In this document: positions 47,181 to 57,071 of the stretch, in pieces
Layout of the letters: every line of letters starts with the position of its first letter
Numbering within the stretch: position 1 is the stretch's first letter
DNA from: an uncultured Actinomycetota bacterium
GTDB lineage: Bacteria > Actinomycetota > Actinomycetes > Nanopelagicales > Nanopelagicaceae
Direction: 5' to 3'
Assembly: GCA_963844465.1 (NCBI GenBank)
Contig: CAWJOR010000011.1
Location: 11,128 to 75,127, forward strand
Length of the DNA stretch: 64,000 nt
Notes under the pieces: model-generated
Database searches by the model: none
Seen by the model: the letters and a program-made list of their open reading frames with translations, nothing else
What the model was told of the DNA's origin: nothing
Made by a program: the position numbers and the translations under genes

Positions 47181-47792
47181 TTACCTTTTTGTAATGAGAC
47201 TGATCGCTTCGGCGCGTGTTGCAGGGTCCCGGAGTATTCCGCGGACTGCACTTGTCACAGTTCGTGCCTCAGCCTTTCTCACACCTCGCATCGACATACA
47301 AAGGTGTTCGCATTCGACGATGACTATCACGCCTGCGGGTTTGAGAATTTCTACCAAAGCATCCGCTATCTGTGTGGTCATTCGCTCCTGCACTTGTGGG
47401 CGGCGTGCGAATAGATCTACTAAGCGCGCGATCTTCGACAATCCTGTGATGCGCCCGGAAGGGATATATCCCACGTGGGCCACGCCATGAAATGGAGTGA
47501 GGTGATGTTCGCAATGGGAAAAGACTTCGATATCTTTAACGATCACGAGTTCCTCATGGCCAATATCGAAAGTTGTGGTGAGCACCTCTTCAGGTGCTTG
47601 CCACAATCCTGCAAAGTTCTCCGCGAATGCTCGAGCAACTCTTGCCGGAGTGTCCTGCAACCCATCTCGATTCGGATCTTCTCCAAGAGCTAGGAGCAAC
47701 TCCCTTACCGCTCGCTCGGCGCGTTCCTGGTCGTAAGGATGGGCTGCACGCCCATCCTGGGGACCCATCGAAACTGGGTTGACCTCACTCAT
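47181..47792 (-). CDS. folE: GTP cyclohydrolase I
   Basis: [12 protein letters not shown] zinc motif. I prefer the start at MSEVNP (47792) over the track start at 47855, which overlaps ftsH by 71 nt. Confidence 0.9.
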   Translation of the reverse strand: MSEVNPVSMGPQDGRAAHPYDQERAERAVRELLLALGEDPNRDGLQDTPARVARAFAENFAGLWQAPEEVLTTTFDIGHEELVIVKDIEVFSHCEHHLTPFHGVAHVGYIPSGRITGLSKIARLVDLFARRPQVQERMTTQIADALVEILKPAGVIVIVECEHLCMSMRGVRKAEARTVTSAVRGILRDPATRAEAISLITKR

Positions 47793-49860
47793 CAGTTTTC
47801 TTCGTTCTCGGTGCTCGCTTTTTTGCGACCTTCTTCTCCTTGTGCTGTTCTTCAACCTTTGCAGTCGACGAACTCCCGCTGGAAAGAGCCATACGAGTTG
47901 GGATTGGTGGAAGGTCCGAAGGTTTGCGGGATGCAGATCCCGTCCACGAGGGCCGGGAAGGACGCGGCGCTACCCCTTCGAAGATCGCGGCGATCTCCTC
48001 CTTATTGAGCGTTTCACGCTCCAAAAGTTGAACGACCATCCCGTCCAAAATTGAGCGGTTTTCATTCAAAATGTCGAATGCCTCCTGATGTGCGTTTTCG
48101 ATCATCTTGCGAATTTCCGAATCGATTAGTGCCGCAACTTGCTCAGAGAAATCGCGAGTATGACCGTAGTCGCGACCCATGAAAGGCTCTGACACGTCGG
48201 TTCCGAGCTTTATCGCACCGATAGCCTCAGTCATTCCGTATTGAGTGACCATCGCCCGTGCCAGTGTCGTGGCCTTTTCAATATCGTCGCTCGCGCCAGT
48301 AGATGGGTCGTGGAAGATGAGTTCCTCGGCGGCACGCCCTCCCAGAGAGTAGGCAAGTTTGTCCAAGAGCTGATTGCGGGTAACTGAGTATCTGTCTTCA
48401 TCGGGAAGAACCATCGTGTAGCCCAGCGCTCGGCCGCGAGGCATGATCGTAATCTTGTGAACAGGATCAGTGTGAGGTAGGGCGTGAGCAACGAGTGCGT
48501 GACCGGCCTCGTGATATGCCGTCACACGCCGCTCTTCTTCGCTCATGACGCGACTCTTGCGGGCAGGACCCGCCATGACACGATCGATAGCCTCATCGAG
48601 GGCAGCATTGGTGATCACTTTCTCGTTCTCGCGCGCTGTAAGAAGTGCCGCTTCGTTAAGCACGTTTGCTAGATCAGCACCCGTGAATCCCGGCGTGCGT
48701 CGCGCAAATGCAATGAGGTCAACTTCCTTTGCAATCGGCTTACCCTTCGCATGCACCTTCAAGATTGCCTCGCGGCCTTTGAGGTCAGGTCGCTCTACAG
48801 GAATCTGTCGATCGAATCGGCCGGGGCGAAGAAGTGCGGGGTCCAAAATATCTGGGCGGTTGGTTGCCGCAATAAGGATGACAGAACTGTTCTCCTCAAA
48901 ACCATCCATCTCCACCAACAACTGATTAAGGGTTTGCTCACGTTCATCGTGGCCACCACCTAAACCTGCGCCACGTTGGCGTCCCACTGCATCGATCTCA
49001 TCCACGAAAACGATGGCCGGAGCATTCTCCTTCGCTTGATTGAAGAGATCGCGCACGCGTGCTGCTCCGACACCGACAAACATCTCGACGAAGTCAGATC
49101 CAGATATGGAATAGAAAGGAACATTGGCCTCTCCTGCAACAGCCCGTGCAAGAAGAGTCTTTCCGGTTCCTGGAGGGCCATAGAGCAAGACGCCTTTGGG
49201 AATCTTTGCCCCGAGATTCTTGTATTTCGGCGGATTGGCCAGAAAATCCTTTATTTCATTGAGTTCTGCCACGGCCTCGTCGGCACCCGCGACATCTGCG
49301 AAGGTCGTCTTCGGGACATCATCTGTCTGCAACTTTGCACGCGAGCGCCCAAATGAGAACGCCCGGTTTCCGCCCTGAGCGTTGCTCATCATTAGGAAGA
49401 AGAGGAAGCCGATAAGAAGGAAGGGGCCGAAAGAGAAGAGCAGGCTGACAAGGAGGGATTGACTGCCTACTTTTACCGACCAGGCGTGTGGTGGCGGATT
49501 ACTTACAAGCAGATCAACAAGGGTGGGCTCTTCGCCTGTGATGTAGGAGGACTCGACCTTCGATGATCCCTCTATCAAGATTCCTGATTTGAGTTTGACT
49601 TGGATCTTTTGTTCTCTGTCTATAAGCAGAGCGGAGTCAACTTGATTCTGCGAAATGGCAGCAAGTATCTGGGAAGTGTTTACCTTCGTGTACTTGTTTC
49701 CAGCCGCCGAAATTTGACCGAAGATGGTGACCGCGATGATGGCTGCGACGATCCAAAAAAGAGGACCGCGCAAGACGCGCTGAAGTCGCGTCTGTGGCTT
49801 CTTATTGGGAAGTTTCTTTTTTCTAACCATTTTGTTAGCCATTTTATTCGAAGGTCTCAT
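47785..49860 (-). CDS. ftsH: ATP-dependent zinc metalloprotease FtsH
   Basis: Walker [12 protein letters not shown], second region of homology, and the HEAGHA zinc motif. Confidence 0.95.
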   Translation of the reverse strand: MRPSNKMANKMVRKKKLPNKKPQTRLQRVLRGPLFWIVAAIIAVTIFGQISAAGNKYTKVNTSQILAAISQNQVDSALLIDREQKIQVKLKSGILIEGSSKVESSYITGEEPTLVDLLVSNPPPHAWSVKVGSQSLLVSLLFSFGPFLLIGFLFFLMMSNAQGGNRAFSFGRSRAKLQTDDVPKTTFADVAGADEAVAELNEIKDFLANPPKYKNLGAKIPKGVLLYGPPGTGKTLLARAVAGEANVPFYSISGSDFVEMFVGVGAARVRDLFNQAKENAPAIVFVDEIDAVGRQRGAGLGGGHDEREQTLNQLLVEMDGFEENSSVILIAATNRPDILDPALLRPGRFDRQIPVERPDLKGREAILKVHAKGKPIAKEVDLIAFARRTPGFTGADLANVLNEAALLTARENEKVITNAALDEAIDRVMAGPARKSRVMSEEERRVTAYHEAGHALVAHALPHTDPVHKITIMPRGRALGYTMVLPDEDRYSVTRNQLLDKLAYSLGGRAAEELIFHDPSTGASDDIEKATTLARAMVTQYGMTEAIGAIKLGTDVSEPFMGRDYGHTRDFSEQVAALIDSEIRKMIENAHQEAFDILNENRSILDGMVVQLLERETLNKEEIAAIFEGVAPRPSRPSWTGSASRKPSDLPPIPTRMALSSGSSSTAKVEEQHKEKKVAKKRAPRTKKTDE

Positions 49861-49863
49861 CTC

Positions 49864-50415
49864 TTAAGAATAGATATGTCGCGCTAGTACACCGACAAAG
49901 GGAAGGTTGCGATATTTCTCATTGAAATCCAGACCGTACCCGACAACGAAATCGGCTGGAATTTCAAAGCCAACGTACTTGACCTTGACGTCGACCTTGG
50001 CGGCTTCAGGTTTGCGCAAGATCGCAAGGACCTCCACGCTCTTCGCTCCGCGTGATTCGAGGTTTGCCTTCAACCACGAAAGCGTGAGACCTGAGTCAAC
50101 GATGTCTTCGACAATAAGCACATCACGCCCGGTGATATCTCTATCGAGGTCTTTTAGAATTCGGACAACGCCGCTCGACTTCGTGCCAGAGCCGTAGGAA
50201 GAGACGGCCATCCAGTCCATATCAACATGGCGCTGCAAAGCCCGCGAGAGATCAGCCATTGCCATGATCGCACCCTTGAGAACGCCAACCATCAGCAAAT
50301 CACGATCGCGGTAATCAGTGTCGATCCGCATGGCGAGTTCTTTCACTTTTGCCTTGAGCTGTTCTTCAGTGACAATCACTTTTTCAATGTCGCCACTAAC
50401 CTCTGATAGATCCAC
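49864..50415 (-). CDS. hpt: Hypoxanthine phosphoribosyltransferase
   Basis: PRPP-binding motif VLIVEDIVDSGLTL. 183 aa. Confidence 0.9.
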   Translation of the reverse strand: MDLSEVSGDIEKVIVTEEQLKAKVKELAMRIDTDYRDRDLLMVGVLKGAIMAMADLSRALQRHVDMDWMAVSSYGSGTKSSGVVRILKDLDRDITGRDVLIVEDIVDSGLTLSWLKANLESRGAKSVEVLAILRKPEAAKVDVKVKYVGFEIPADFVVGYGLDFNEKYRNLPFVGVLARHIYS

Positions 50416-50430
50416 GGTTCCTCGCTGCTT

Positions 50431-51405
50431 CTAATTAGTCGGGGGTAAGAGCGAAAGTCTGCCCGATATTCGCCTAGCCTTCACACCGCCGGGCAAACTC
50501 ACCTCTCCTTGACCATGCCATGAGGTGATCAAAGACTCAACTGCGGCCACGTGATCTGCAGTGACCGAGCCCTGAGGGGCGCCGCAGGCGTAAATCCCGG
50601 CCCGGATAAGGCGTGTCCGGACCGCACGGGGGAGTTCGGCCAGGGAGGAGACTTCCATGGATTCTGGGTTCCGCTCTGAGAATTCTCGGGATGCCCACCC
50701 GTCCAAAGCGTCTGCATCATCTCTGAGCAAACCCGCGCTACGGGCCAGTGCCGCAGCCACCCCGGGGCCGATGGATCGTTCGAGAGCCGGGAGAGCGTCA
50801 AGGCGAACTCTGACTCGAAGATATTGCCGGTCTTGATTGTGGGGGTCATCCCAAGGCACCAACTTTGCCTCGAAGCAAGCAGCAACGGTGGCCTCCCGCG
50901 TGATACCCAAGAGCGGTCGGACGTACTTTCCCATGATGGGCGCCATCCCCGACAGGGATCTTGTCCCAGACCCACGCGCGAGGCCAAGAAGCACGGTCTC
51001 GGCCTGATCGTCACGGGTATGACCCAGAAAAATCTTCACCGCGTTGAGCTTGGTCGCCGCCTCTTCCAGCGCCTGATATCGCACACGTCGAGCAGAGGCC
51101 TCCATCCCATCTGTTTTATCGACGGTTACCTGCACTATTTCTGTGGGGACGCCCATAGATGCGAGTTGTCTTTCAACGCTCCTCGCTTGAACCCCAGAGT
51201 TAGCCTGCAATTGATGATCAATGGTGACCCCTATTACTCGAAGTGCGATCTTCTCTGCCTCCTTTGCTAGCGCAAAGGCAAGCGCCAATGAATCTGCTCC
51301 CCCTGAGCAGGCGGCGATAACTACATCGCCGGGAAGGCAATCAGCGAGTTGGGCGCGCACTGCAGCACGAATTTCCACCATCGCGCTGCTGGCGGAACGT
51401 GACAT
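50431..51405 (-). CDS. tilS: tRNA(Ile)-lysidine synthase
   Basis: PP-loop motif ACSGGADSLAL and its position upstream of hpt-ftsH. Confidence 0.85.
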   Translation of the reverse strand: MSRSASSAMVEIRAAVRAQLADCLPGDVVIAACSGGADSLALAFALAKEAEKIALRVIGVTIDHQLQANSGVQARSVERQLASMGVPTEIVQVTVDKTDGMEASARRVRYQALEEAATKLNAVKIFLGHTRDDQAETVLLGLARGSGTRSLSGMAPIMGKYVRPLLGITREATVAACFEAKLVPWDDPHNQDRQYLRVRVRLDALPALERSIGPGVAAALARSAGLLRDDADALDGWASREFSERNPESMEVSSLAELPRAVRTRLIRAGIYACGAPQGSVTADHVAAVESLITSWHGQGEVSLPGGVKARRISGRLSLLPPTN

Positions 51406-51415
51406 ACCGATAAGA

Positions 51416-52618
51416 CTAGACCCTGCCCCCGAATGGCATCATGCCCTTAACACTGTATATGTTCGAGTATAGAAGGCCGGTCCTCGTGGAATTGGCCTCC
51501 CACATCATTCCATCGCCGGCATAAATACCCATGTGATGGATGCTCCCTACCGTGCCATTGTAGGAGTAGAAAAGTAGGTCACCAGGCAGAAGAGCATTGA
51601 GTTTCACATGCATCGTTGCTACTGAATAAAGAGCTGCGTTGAGTCGACTCCAATACGGCCATCCCAAACCTGCTGACTTGTATGCGGCATACACCAGACC
51701 TGAGCAATCAAAGGAGTTCGGACCTTGTGCGCCCCACACGTAAGGCTTGCGAGCAAGAACTTGCTTCTTTGCGTATGCGACTGCGGCCGTCCGCTGTGCC
51801 TGCGTGGAAATAAACGACGCACGACCTTTGAAGCCTCGGTCATCCCAGATACTTTTCTGTCCAGGAGTTTGCGAAGCCTTCTTCGCGTTTGCCTCCTCCA
51901 AAAGTGCTAACTGACGCTGCTGCTCAAGTGTTATTCGAACCTTCTTCGCACTTGCCAGTTCGCGCATTAATTCATCTTGAACCTTCTGCAACTTTTCAAC
52001 TTCGGCCTGCTGGGCAGCCTTCGCATCGTCGGCTGCCTTCTTCGCAGATGCGACTTCATTTGTTGCCGCTTGTTGTGCGGCTTTTGCGGCGTCGGCTTCT
52101 CGCTTCGCAGAGGCTGCTACAACTTGCGCAGCCTTGTAACGATCCAGGGCCGTCGAATTATGGGCACCGATCGTACTTAAGGTGGAAAGTCGATCAACCA
52201 AATCCTGCGGCCCATTTGAACTGAGCAGCGGCTCGATATCCGTGAGTCCGCCGCCCATGATGTACGCGTTGGTTGCGAGTTTGCCAATGGTCCTATGAGC
52301 CGAACTCACCGAAGCGGCTGTGATTCGCGCATGCAACGCAGCGGCCTTAGAAATTTTAATCGCGACAGCGAGTTGTTGCTGTGCTCGCACATACCGCGCA
52401 CGCGCGGCATCTGCGTCCGCCGTCAATTGGCGAAGAGTCTGATTTGCTCTAGCCAGTCGTGCGGCTGCAGCATTTGCGGCGGCGCGCTTGGCATCCTCAG
52501 CCTTTTTTGCCGCCTGTATCTGTGCGAGGCTCGGCTTAGGTGATTTCGCATAGGCGGGGGTGGTCCCGGCTATGAAGCCAATCGCCAGCACGCATGCAAA
52601 TACCCGATTTCGAAGCAC
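51416..52618 (-). CDS. Secreted NlpC/P60 peptidoglycan endopeptidase with an N-terminal coiled-coil (RipA-like)
   Basis: Signal peptide, long Ala/Gln/Lys coiled-coil, and a C-terminal FDCSGLVYAAY...HHMGIY catalytic Cys/His domain. Confidence 0.85.
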   Translation of the reverse strand: MLRNRVFACVLAIGFIAGTTPAYAKSPKPSLAQIQAAKKAEDAKRAAANAAAARLARANQTLRQLTADADAARARYVRAQQQLAVAIKISKAAALHARITAASVSSAHRTIGKLATNAYIMGGGLTDIEPLLSSNGPQDLVDRLSTLSTIGAHNSTALDRYKAAQVVAASAKREADAAKAAQQAATNEVASAKKAADDAKAAQQAEVEKLQKVQDELMRELASAKKVRITLEQQRQLALLEEANAKKASQTPGQKSIWDDRGFKGRASFISTQAQRTAAVAYAKKQVLARKPYVWGAQGPNSFDCSGLVYAAYKSAGLGWPYWSRLNAALYSVATMHVKLNALLPGDLLFYSYNGTVGSIHHMGIYAGDGMMWEANSTRTGLLYSNIYSVKGMMPFGGRV

Positions 52619-52687
52619 AATCCACCTCCCGAACAGGAGATACTAAAGGCTCAACCTGAGAATTAGACTTTCGTAGGTGGCGTGTCC

Positions 52688-53479
52688 TTAATTAGTTACA
52701 TCTCTGCGCCGAAAGAGCACGCTTGCCACGAAAACCCCGATGACTAGGTATCCCGATAAGACAAGTAAGGCGTGCGAGTAGGAGGCATTGAAATCCCCGC
52801 CCGCCGCAATCGTGTTGATGAGTTGTCCCGGCATCCACTTGCCCGAATGCTTCACTGTTGCGGCAATGATGTTTTCAATGACAAGCAACCAGGCAACACC
52901 GATGGAAATGGCGCTAATCGGAGAACGAAGAAATAGTCCAAGAATCATGCCGATAGTGCCGGAGGCAATTACCGACACCAAGACATTCACAAAAGTGTGC
53001 AGAACCCCGATACGCGCATCCGATGTCGACCATGCAGAGGTCACGACCTTGGCTCTGCCGGAGAGAGCAAATGCCAACGTAATGCTCACGATGGCCGAGA
53101 GGATGACCGAGATCACCGCAAACAGACACATCGCCAGAAATTTGCCAAGCAGCAGTGTTAGTCGACGAGGTTGACGCACCAAGAGATTGCGCAAGGTGCC
53201 ATGGGTGTATTCCTGCGCAGTTTGGGAAGCGAAGATGCAAAGAGCGACAAGACCCAATAGTCCAGCCGAACTGCTAAAACCTATTGATAGCCCTTGTGGG
53301 AGTTCAAGGCTGGCACGAGTAATTACTTGTCCTTCACGTGCATTTCCTTGCGCAGAATCGATGAGCAAAAAAAGGAGGGAGGTGACCAGCGCGCTGGCTC
53401 CCATAATCGCTGCCATGGTGCCGATGAACAAAGAGGGACGTCGCAATTTTCGCCACTCGGCAAAGAAAACGCGGATCAT
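52688..53479 (-). CDS. ABC-2 type transporter permease
   Basis: 263-aa polytopic membrane ORF, translationally coupled (ATGA) to the upstream ABC ATPase. Confidence 0.7.
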   Translation of the reverse strand: MIRVFFAEWRKLRRPSLFIGTMAAIMGASALVTSLLFLLIDSAQGNAREGQVITRASLELPQGLSIGFSSSAGLLGLVALCIFASQTAQEYTHGTLRNLLVRQPRRLTLLLGKFLAMCLFAVISVILSAIVSITLAFALSGRAKVVTSAWSTSDARIGVLHTFVNVLVSVIASGTIGMILGLFLRSPISAISIGVAWLLVIENIIAATVKHSGKWMPGQLINTIAAGGDFNASYSHALLVLSGYLVIGVFVASVLFRRRDVTN

Positions 53480-54399
53480 TCGCCTGTTCCTGTCATCTCA
53501 AAGAATGTCTCTTCCAGACTCGGTAGCACCGGTGAAAGAAGTGCCAACACGATTCCAGATTCGAATGCCAACTGGTTGAGAGTGGGAGCCCATTCTCGTG
53601 GTCCCAGAATATGTGCGACTCCCCCGATGATTGAGCCTTCGTGCCCTGCATCATGGGCAATCTTTAATAGCCGCCGAAGATCATCGGGGTTTTCACTTCT
53701 TGCCAGAATTGTCGGTTGTTGTTGAAGCAAGAGGTCTTGTGTCTTGCCAGCAAAGATGACCTCGCCCTCGCGAAGCATGACAAGTGAATCGCTGATTGCT
53801 TCGATCTCGGCAAGCAAGTGCGATGAGACAAAGACCGTGGTTCCATCGTTTGCCAACGAACGCAAGAGGTCACGGATCTCCTGAATCCCTGCAGGATCCA
53901 ATCCATTGGTTGGCTCATCAAGTATCAGCAGTTGCGGATTTGGCAGCAGTGCCGCGGCAATCCCCAACCTCTGCTTCATGCCAAGTGAATAAGTCTTGTA
54001 TTTGGATTTCGCCCGGTCTCCAAGACCGACGCGATCAAGAAGTCCCTGTATCTGCTCCAAGGAGTGACCACCTAATGTTGCGAGGACTCGCAGGTTCTCG
54101 GCACCGCTCAAGGCTGGATAGAAGGCCGGCCCCTCGATCATCGCGCCGACTCGATCCAGGTACTTGGCTGGGTCATGTATGGGTTGGCCAAGCACGGTTC
54201 CGCTACCGGCGGTTGGGGAGATGAGTCCCAAGAGCATCCGCATCGTGGTTGTCTTGCCGGATCCGTTCGGGCCGACAAAACCGCAGACGGTTCCCATCGG
54301 TACATCAAAATTCGCGTGAGAGACCGCTGCACGCTCTCCGTAATGTTTGGTGAGGTCGGTTACGGAGATGGCCAGATCCGACGCGGAGGCAGGGAGCAT
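53476..54399 (-). CDS. ABC transporter ATP-binding protein
   Basis: Walker A GPNGSGKTT, signature YSLGMKQRL and Walker B LLILDEP. I set the start at the ATG at 54399 (MLPASASDLAISVTDL); the track start at 54552 overlaps metZ. Confidence 0.85.
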   Translation of the reverse strand: MLPASASDLAISVTDLTKHYGERAAVSHANFDVPMGTVCGFVGPNGSGKTTTMRMLLGLISPTAGSGTVLGQPIHDPAKYLDRVGAMIEGPAFYPALSGAENLRVLATLGGHSLEQIQGLLDRVGLGDRAKSKYKTYSLGMKQRLGIAAALLPNPQLLILDEPTNGLDPAGIQEIRDLLRSLANDGTTVFVSSHLLAEIEAISDSLVMLREGEVIFAGKTQDLLLQQQPTILARSENPDDLRRLLKIAHDAGHEGSIIGGVAHILGPREWAPTLNQLAFESGIVLALLSPVLPSLEETFFEMTGTGE

Positions 54400-54422
54400 G
54401 GCAGAAACCCTACACTTCAACC

Positions 54423-55643
54423 ATGAGCAAACGCCCTTGGGGTTACCAGCCATTGCCCGAACGACCAGATCCACAGTGGACGCTTCATCCAGAAACCCAT
54501 GCAGTCCGAGCTGGCCTGGCTCGTTCTGGATTTGGCGAAACAGCCGAAGCACTCTACTTAACGAGCGGCTTCACGTACGCGAGCGCCGAAGAAGCCGTTG
54601 ACTCGTTCACTGACGAGACAGATCACTATGTTTATGGTCGTTTTGCCAATCCGACCATCTCGATGTTCGAACAGCGCTTGGCAGCCATCGAGGGTGCAGA
54701 GTTCTGCGTTGCCACGGGGTCTGGAATGTCTGCGATGTTCGCCTCGGTGGCCTGCCTTGTTCAGGCCGGGGATCACGTTGTGGCATCGGCGGCAATGTTT
54801 AGTTCCTGCTATGTCGTGCTAACAGAGATCCTGCCCAAGTGGGGCGTCACTTTCGAGTTGGTCAAGGGAAACGATCCGGCTGTTTGGGCGAAGGCTCTTT
54901 CAAAGCCGACTAAGGCCGTCTTCATTGAAACCCCTAGCAATCCAATGCTTGAAATCGTAGACATTGAGATGGTTAGCAATTTGGCCCATCTTGTTGGCGC
55001 GACAGTCATCGTGGACAACGTGATGGCATCGCCGATTCTGCAGAAGCCCTTGGAACTAGGCGCCGACGTAGTCATGTACTCAGCGACCAAGCATATTGAC
55101 GGTCAGGGTCGTGTCCTGGCTGGGGCAATTCTCGGAAGTTTTTCCTACATACAAGAAAAACTCAATCCTTTTGTGCGTCATACAGGTCCATCGCTCAGCC
55201 CCTTCAATGCCTGGGTTCTCGTGAAGTCCCTCGAGACGATGAGCATGCGCGTTGAGAAGATGAGCAATAGCGCACAGACCCTCGCGCAGTATCTCGAGAC
55301 GTGTCCGCAAATAGAGAGCGTGCGTTATCCCGGCTTGAAATCCCATGCGGGCTACGAGACGGCACAGAAGCAGATGTCAGGTGGGGGCTCGACGATCGGC
55401 ATCGAATTCAAAGGACCGAGGGCCGAAGTCTTCACATTCATGAACGCACTTCGAGTTATAGATATCTCCAACAACCTTGGCGATAGCAAGTCGCTGATCA
55501 CTCACCCTGCTTCTACGACTCACCGTCGCCTAGCACCTGAAATTCAGGCCGAGATGGGAATTACAGATTCAGTGTTAAGGCTTTCCGTGGGACTGGAATA
55601 TGCAGGTGATCTTCTGGCAGATATCGAGCAAGCCCTCAACTAA
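54423..55643 (+). CDS. metZ: O-succinylhomoserine sulfhydrylase / Cys-Met metabolism PLP enzyme
   Basis: PLP-lysine motif YSATKHIDGQGR and N-terminal ETAEALYLTSGF. 406 aa. Confidence 0.8.
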   Translation: MSKRPWGYQPLPERPDPQWTLHPETHAVRAGLARSGFGETAEALYLTSGFTYASAEEAVDSFTDETDHYVYGRFANPTISMFEQRLAAIEGAEFCVATGSGMSAMFASVACLVQAGDHVVASAAMFSSCYVVLTEILPKWGVTFELVKGNDPAVWAKALSKPTKAVFIETPSNPMLEIVDIEMVSNLAHLVGATVIVDNVMASPILQKPLELGADVVMYSATKHIDGQGRVLAGAILGSFSYIQEKLNPFVRHTGPSLSPFNAWVLVKSLETMSMRVEKMSNSAQTLAQYLETCPQIESVRYPGLKSHAGYETAQKQMSGGGSTIGIEFKGPRAEVFTFMNALRVIDISNNLGDSKSLITHPASTTHRRLAPEIQAEMGITDSVLRLSVGLEYAGDLLADIEQALN

Positions 55644-56535
55644 CTAACTGAGCTACCACTAAGAGAATTGAAAAAAGACTTAAGTAGCTGATGGACCACT
55701 GGAAAATCTTTCCTGCAACTTTGCTGTACGAATCCGTCTTGTCATTCAATTGAAGAAGTTGGAAAGCGAAAACTAAGCCGAGAGCAATCGTAACGATCAT
55801 TGACCACAGCGGAAGTCTTGCCAATTGGATCATTGCCACCGAAGACACAATCATTGCAATGGTATGGAACCACATTTGAGCCCGCACTTGGGTCTTCGTC
55901 GCAACAACCGGAAGCATCGGGATGCCTGCGGCTGAATAGTCGTCTTTGTACTTGATTGCCAATGCCCAGAAATGCGGTGGCGTCCAAAAAAAGATGACCA
56001 TGAAGAAAGCAACCGCTGCCCAAGAAATAGAGTTGGTGATTGCAGCCCACCCGATAAATACGGGCATGCACCCCGCTGCCCCGCCCCAGACTATGTTCTG
56101 AGAAGTTCGCCGCTTAAGGGCCATCGTGTAGATCACCACGTAATAGGCAATGGCGATGAAGGTGAAAAGCGTGGCCATTGGCGTAGTGAAGAACCAGAAG
56201 ATGAGCAGTGAAATCAGCCCAATCGCACTTGCGAAAACGATTGCGGCGCGGCCAGTAATGACCCCGGTCACGAGAGGGCGTTTTGATGTTCGCGCCATGA
56301 CACGGTCCACGTCGCTTTCGATGACCATGTTGAATGAGTTCGCAGATCCAGCCGCGAGCGTGCCACCGAGGATCGTCGCGATGCTCACGCCCGCACTGGG
56401 AATCCCCTTCTGGGCAAGGACAAGTGCAGGCAGGGTCGTGACGAGTAGTAGTTCTACAACGCGCAGTTTCATGAGAGCGATGTAGCCACCCATCACCTCG
56501 CGGATCCCAACGCGATGGGCCATAGTCATTGGCAT
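55636..56535 (-). CDS. ctaB: Protoheme IX farnesyltransferase
   Basis: UbiA-family motif NSFNMVIESDVDRVMARTSKRPL, and polytopic. Confidence 0.9.
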   Translation of the reverse strand: MPMTMAHRVGIREVMGGYIALMKLRVVELLLVTTLPALVLAQKGIPSAGVSIATILGGTLAAGSANSFNMVIESDVDRVMARTSKRPLVTGVITGRAAIVFASAIGLISLLIFWFFTTPMATLFTFIAIAYYVVIYTMALKRRTSQNIVWGGAAGCMPVFIGWAAITNSISWAAVAFFMVIFFWTPPHFWALAIKYKDDYSAAGIPMLPVVATKTQVRAQMWFHTIAMIVSSVAMIQLARLPLWSMIVTIALGLVFAFQLLQLNDKTDSYSKVAGKIFQWSISYLSLFSILLVVAQLVS

Positions 56536-56627
56536 AGATTACTCAGCAAGAATGAGTCTCGTTCTCAGAGTCCTCCCAGTTGGCACGGTTAGTTTTTGGC
56601 CACCGAGAGAGAAGACGAGGAAAGACT

Positions 56628-57071
56628 ATGAAGGCAGAAGATTCCACCCCAGAATGGTTCCAATTGGCCAAAGCCGATGCATTCGAACCCAAACCCAAGA
56701 ACAAGAGGGTCTTGAGGGCCATGGCCCTTGCCACCCCGCTCTTTGTTCTCGGAGCCGGAATGGTCTTCGCTCAGACTCAAGACAGCCCAACCGCCTCAGC
56801 AAGCAGCCTCGTGGCCTCCGCTTCTGCTGACCCCATTTCTCTTTCCACCACACCAACTGCGACCACGCCAGTGCCAGCTTCGGCCCCAGCAGCCTCTGAG
56901 CCAGCCGCTTCGGCCCCAGCGCCAAGATCAGCAAGCAATGTGGTTTCGGTCTCACAGACATCCTCGGTAACGCCAACAACTCAGACGTCGATAACTATCA
57001 AGAAACCAGCAATCACAATGCCAACCGGCGGCGGCGATGATGACGACGAACGCGATAGCGACGACGACTAA
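56628..57071 (+). CDS. Small membrane-anchored low-complexity protein (Ala/Ser/Pro/Thr-rich with an acidic tail)
   Basis: The ATG at 56628 is preceded by GAGGAAAG. One TM segment (ALATPLFVLGAGMVFA), then an ASP-rich region and GGGDDDDERDSDDD. Confidence 0.45.
   Translation: MKAEDSTPEWFQLAKADAFEPKPKNKRVLRAMALATPLFVLGAGMVFAQTQDSPTASASSLVASASADPISLSTTPTATTPVPASAPAASEPAASAPAPRSASNVVSVSQTSSVTPTTQTSITIKKPAITMPTGGGDDDDERDSDDD

Noticed and set aside
47536-47543. Another TTAACGAT octamer, inside folE.
   Set aside because: There is no flanking similarity to the island motif. An 8-mer is expected by chance about twice in 64 kb on two strands. This is also why the putative fifth copy at 3922-3945 is reported only as possible.
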